In this document: piece after piece, positions 34,006 to 35,902 of the stretch
How the letters are laid out: each line of letters opens with the position of its first letter
Position numbering within the stretch: position 1 is the first letter of the stretch
Origin: Mesotaenium endlicherianum
Taxonomy: Eukaryota
DNA: 35,902 nt
Reading direction: 5' to 3'
Assembly: GCA_009602735.1 (NCBI GenBank)
Contig: WELA01000640.1
Location: 36,594 to 72,495, forward strand
Made by a program: the position numbers and the translations under genes
Notes under the pieces: generated by a model
What the model was told of the DNA's origin: nothing
The model's input: the letters and a program-made list of their open reading frames with translations, nothing else
Database searches by the model: none

Positions 34006-35308
34006 TCATAAATATATATGTATACATATTTTGGGAGAACGGAGGAATAACACCACATACGCCTACACATGTATGCACATGCTCTGACGCACATACACAC
34101 ACATAAGCATATACAGGGGCAGACATTACAGGGGCCAAAGGGGGTCCTAGAAGCCTCTCGCTATGAGGACGAGCTTGGGAGCAGGTGGGAAGGGCTGGGG
34201 TGGGCTGGCGAGCTGCTTTTTCCTGAAAGGGGGTGTTTCTACAGTGGGAACCCAAGGGTGGTTGATGTCTTTTGAAGCTAGGCAAATTTGGGGGGGGATA
34301 GCATGGGGGACAGTACCGTCGGCCCCAAAAAAGCATGAGCGGCGCTGCGGGCGGAGCACAGGCAGGGGGGCGTGCTGACTTTGGAGAGCTTCTGCTGCTC
34401 CCGCCTGCTCAAATCCTTCGTGTCTGCTGGCATCTTACTCCTGCTGACAATCTGGGTTATTGATCACCTGTTTTAGTCAAGGTTTGGGGTTGTGCAACGA
34501 GGGAGGAGAGGGCGTGGAGGGAGGGGGGGTTTGGGCGGGGGGTGGNNNNNNNNNNNNNNNNNNNNNNNNNNNNNNNAGGGGGGGGGTGGGGGGGGAGGGG
34601 GAAGGAGGAAAAGATTGTTGAAGGTGGCCCGTATGTCTTGGATGTTTTGGATGTCAGGTGATGAGAAGAGGGGAAGGGTGGCCTAGGCTTTCCCCCTGGG
34701 CTTGACCTTGAAAAGCTTCACGCGTATCCACTTTGCGGGCTGAGCGAGGTTGCGAAGTGTGCGCATGTATCCCAGCCCTGAGTGCTAGTGAGGAAAGGCC
34801 GGCTGCTCTCATGCCCATGTCAGACGGGCGGACTGCAGACGGGCGGCGCCGGGTCCAGGGGCGGGCTGCCGGGTTAGAGGGGACGGGAGGCGAGGGAAGA
34901 GGAGGGGAGGGGAGGGGAGAAGGGCTTCTGGATCTGTTTAGAAGGGAGAGCATGCGGAGGTTGGGTATATGTGGAGCTGAGAAAAGAAGATGGGTAGCTC
35001 GGGCTCCTGCGACCGTTGAGCCCCCCCTCTTGCAACCCCTCTTTCCAAGATCACCTCCCTTGAGCAAGCGCTCCCTCTGTCCGTCTTCCGCCCCGCAGGA
35101 GTTTGGGCGGGCCGTCAAGAGGGTGCGCAAGAGAGGGGGCGACCTGGGCGGCCCGTCGGCCGCCTTCTCGCAGGAGGAGCGCCAGCAGTGGCCGAGCCGG
35201 CCAGCTGTCGTCACCGTGATGGGCCACGTGGACCACGGGAAGACGTCGCTGCTGGATGCGTTGCGGTCGACGTCTGTAGCCGCCCGCGAGGCTGGAGGCA
35301 TCACTCAG
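33043..35308 (+). CDS. Translation initiation factor IF-2, mitochondrial (5' part; continues beyond the window)
   Basis: Exon 33043-33831 ([13 protein letters not shown] presequence-like start; IF2 N-domain-like [17 protein letters not shown]...DAAELVAI; donor GTACGC) joins in phase 0 to exon 35099-35308 ([36 protein letters not shown]2 G1/G2 motifs; donor GTCAGA). Confidence 0.92.
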
Positions 35309-35850
35309 GTCAGAGAGGCTCACTCTTCTTCCCCCGGCACGACTCACACGCGGTGCTACTCTCGTGCGCCACCTGGCGGCGCGTGATGCAGCCATGCGGA
35401 GGGGATGGCAGCCGCCGCCAGCACCCCCACTGCGTGTGCTCCCTGCCGTTTCTTTCCGGACGTGTGGAAGTTATTGCCACACGGCCGTGTGTGACGGGAG
35501 GCGTCAGTGGGGTGCCAGCAGGCCGGCGCTTGACTGGACTCCCTCTGAACAGCGATCGACGTCTTACCTAGCATGGGACCCGAGCTTACGTGTAGGCTGT
35601 GCTTTGAGCTCTTAAGAGGAACAGAAGGGGGCAGGGTGCAGGAAGGGGGTGGGGTGGGGGTGGCTAAGGAACCCCCTGCCCTGTCGCACCAGGAGAACTG
35701 AACAAGCTGGAGCAAGGCGGTTCGAGGAGATTGCCGTGCAAGCGCGCGGCAGAGAATGCTTCCGTGTGTCCCTTGCTGATTCCCTGGTCCATCGGAGCAA
35801 GCACTGGCAGGCAGAGGCCCCAAAGCCCTAAGCCGTCGTCCCGCGTGCGC

Positions 35851-35853
<3 letters not shown>

Positions 35854-35902
<49 letters not shown>
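35854..35902. repeat. (CT)n microsatellite at the window end (IF2 intron)
   Basis: Direct reading. Confidence 0.95.

Noticed and set aside
10189..35308. Functional gene cluster linking GID4, the GT2 enzyme and IF2
   Set aside because: The functions and compartments are unrelated; alternating orientation in a compact genome is not evidence of a pathway cluster.

Overview
Intron-rich eukaryotic genomic DNA with GC-rich exons, microsatellite-laden introns and several assembly gaps. The gene content is land-plant-like, so it is most plausibly a streptophyte green alga (inference). Four spliced protein-coding genes alternate in orientation. (1) A minus-strand photolyase-N-terminal-domain/alpha-beta-hydrolase fusion of the Arabidopsis At4g25290 type, running off the left end. 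(2) A plus-strand GID4 (Pro/N-degron recognin of the GID/CTLH E3 ligase), 7 coding exons, about 205 aa. (3) A minus-strand cellulose-synthase-superfamily GT2 gene, assembled by hand into 23 phase-consistent coding exons (about 1184 aa). It mixes CesA-type and CslD-type signatures, has QVERW instead of QVLRW, and has a long low-complexity N-terminus mostly missed by the ORF track. (4) The 5' part of a plus-strand mitochondrial translation initiation factor 2. The most striking non-coding pattern is inverted intron polarity: C-rich tracts follow 5' splice sites and G/GT-rich tracts replace the polypyrimidine tract before many 3' splice sites, suggesting splicing guided by RNA structure. No RNA genes, CRISPR arrays or recognisable transposon ORFs were seen.
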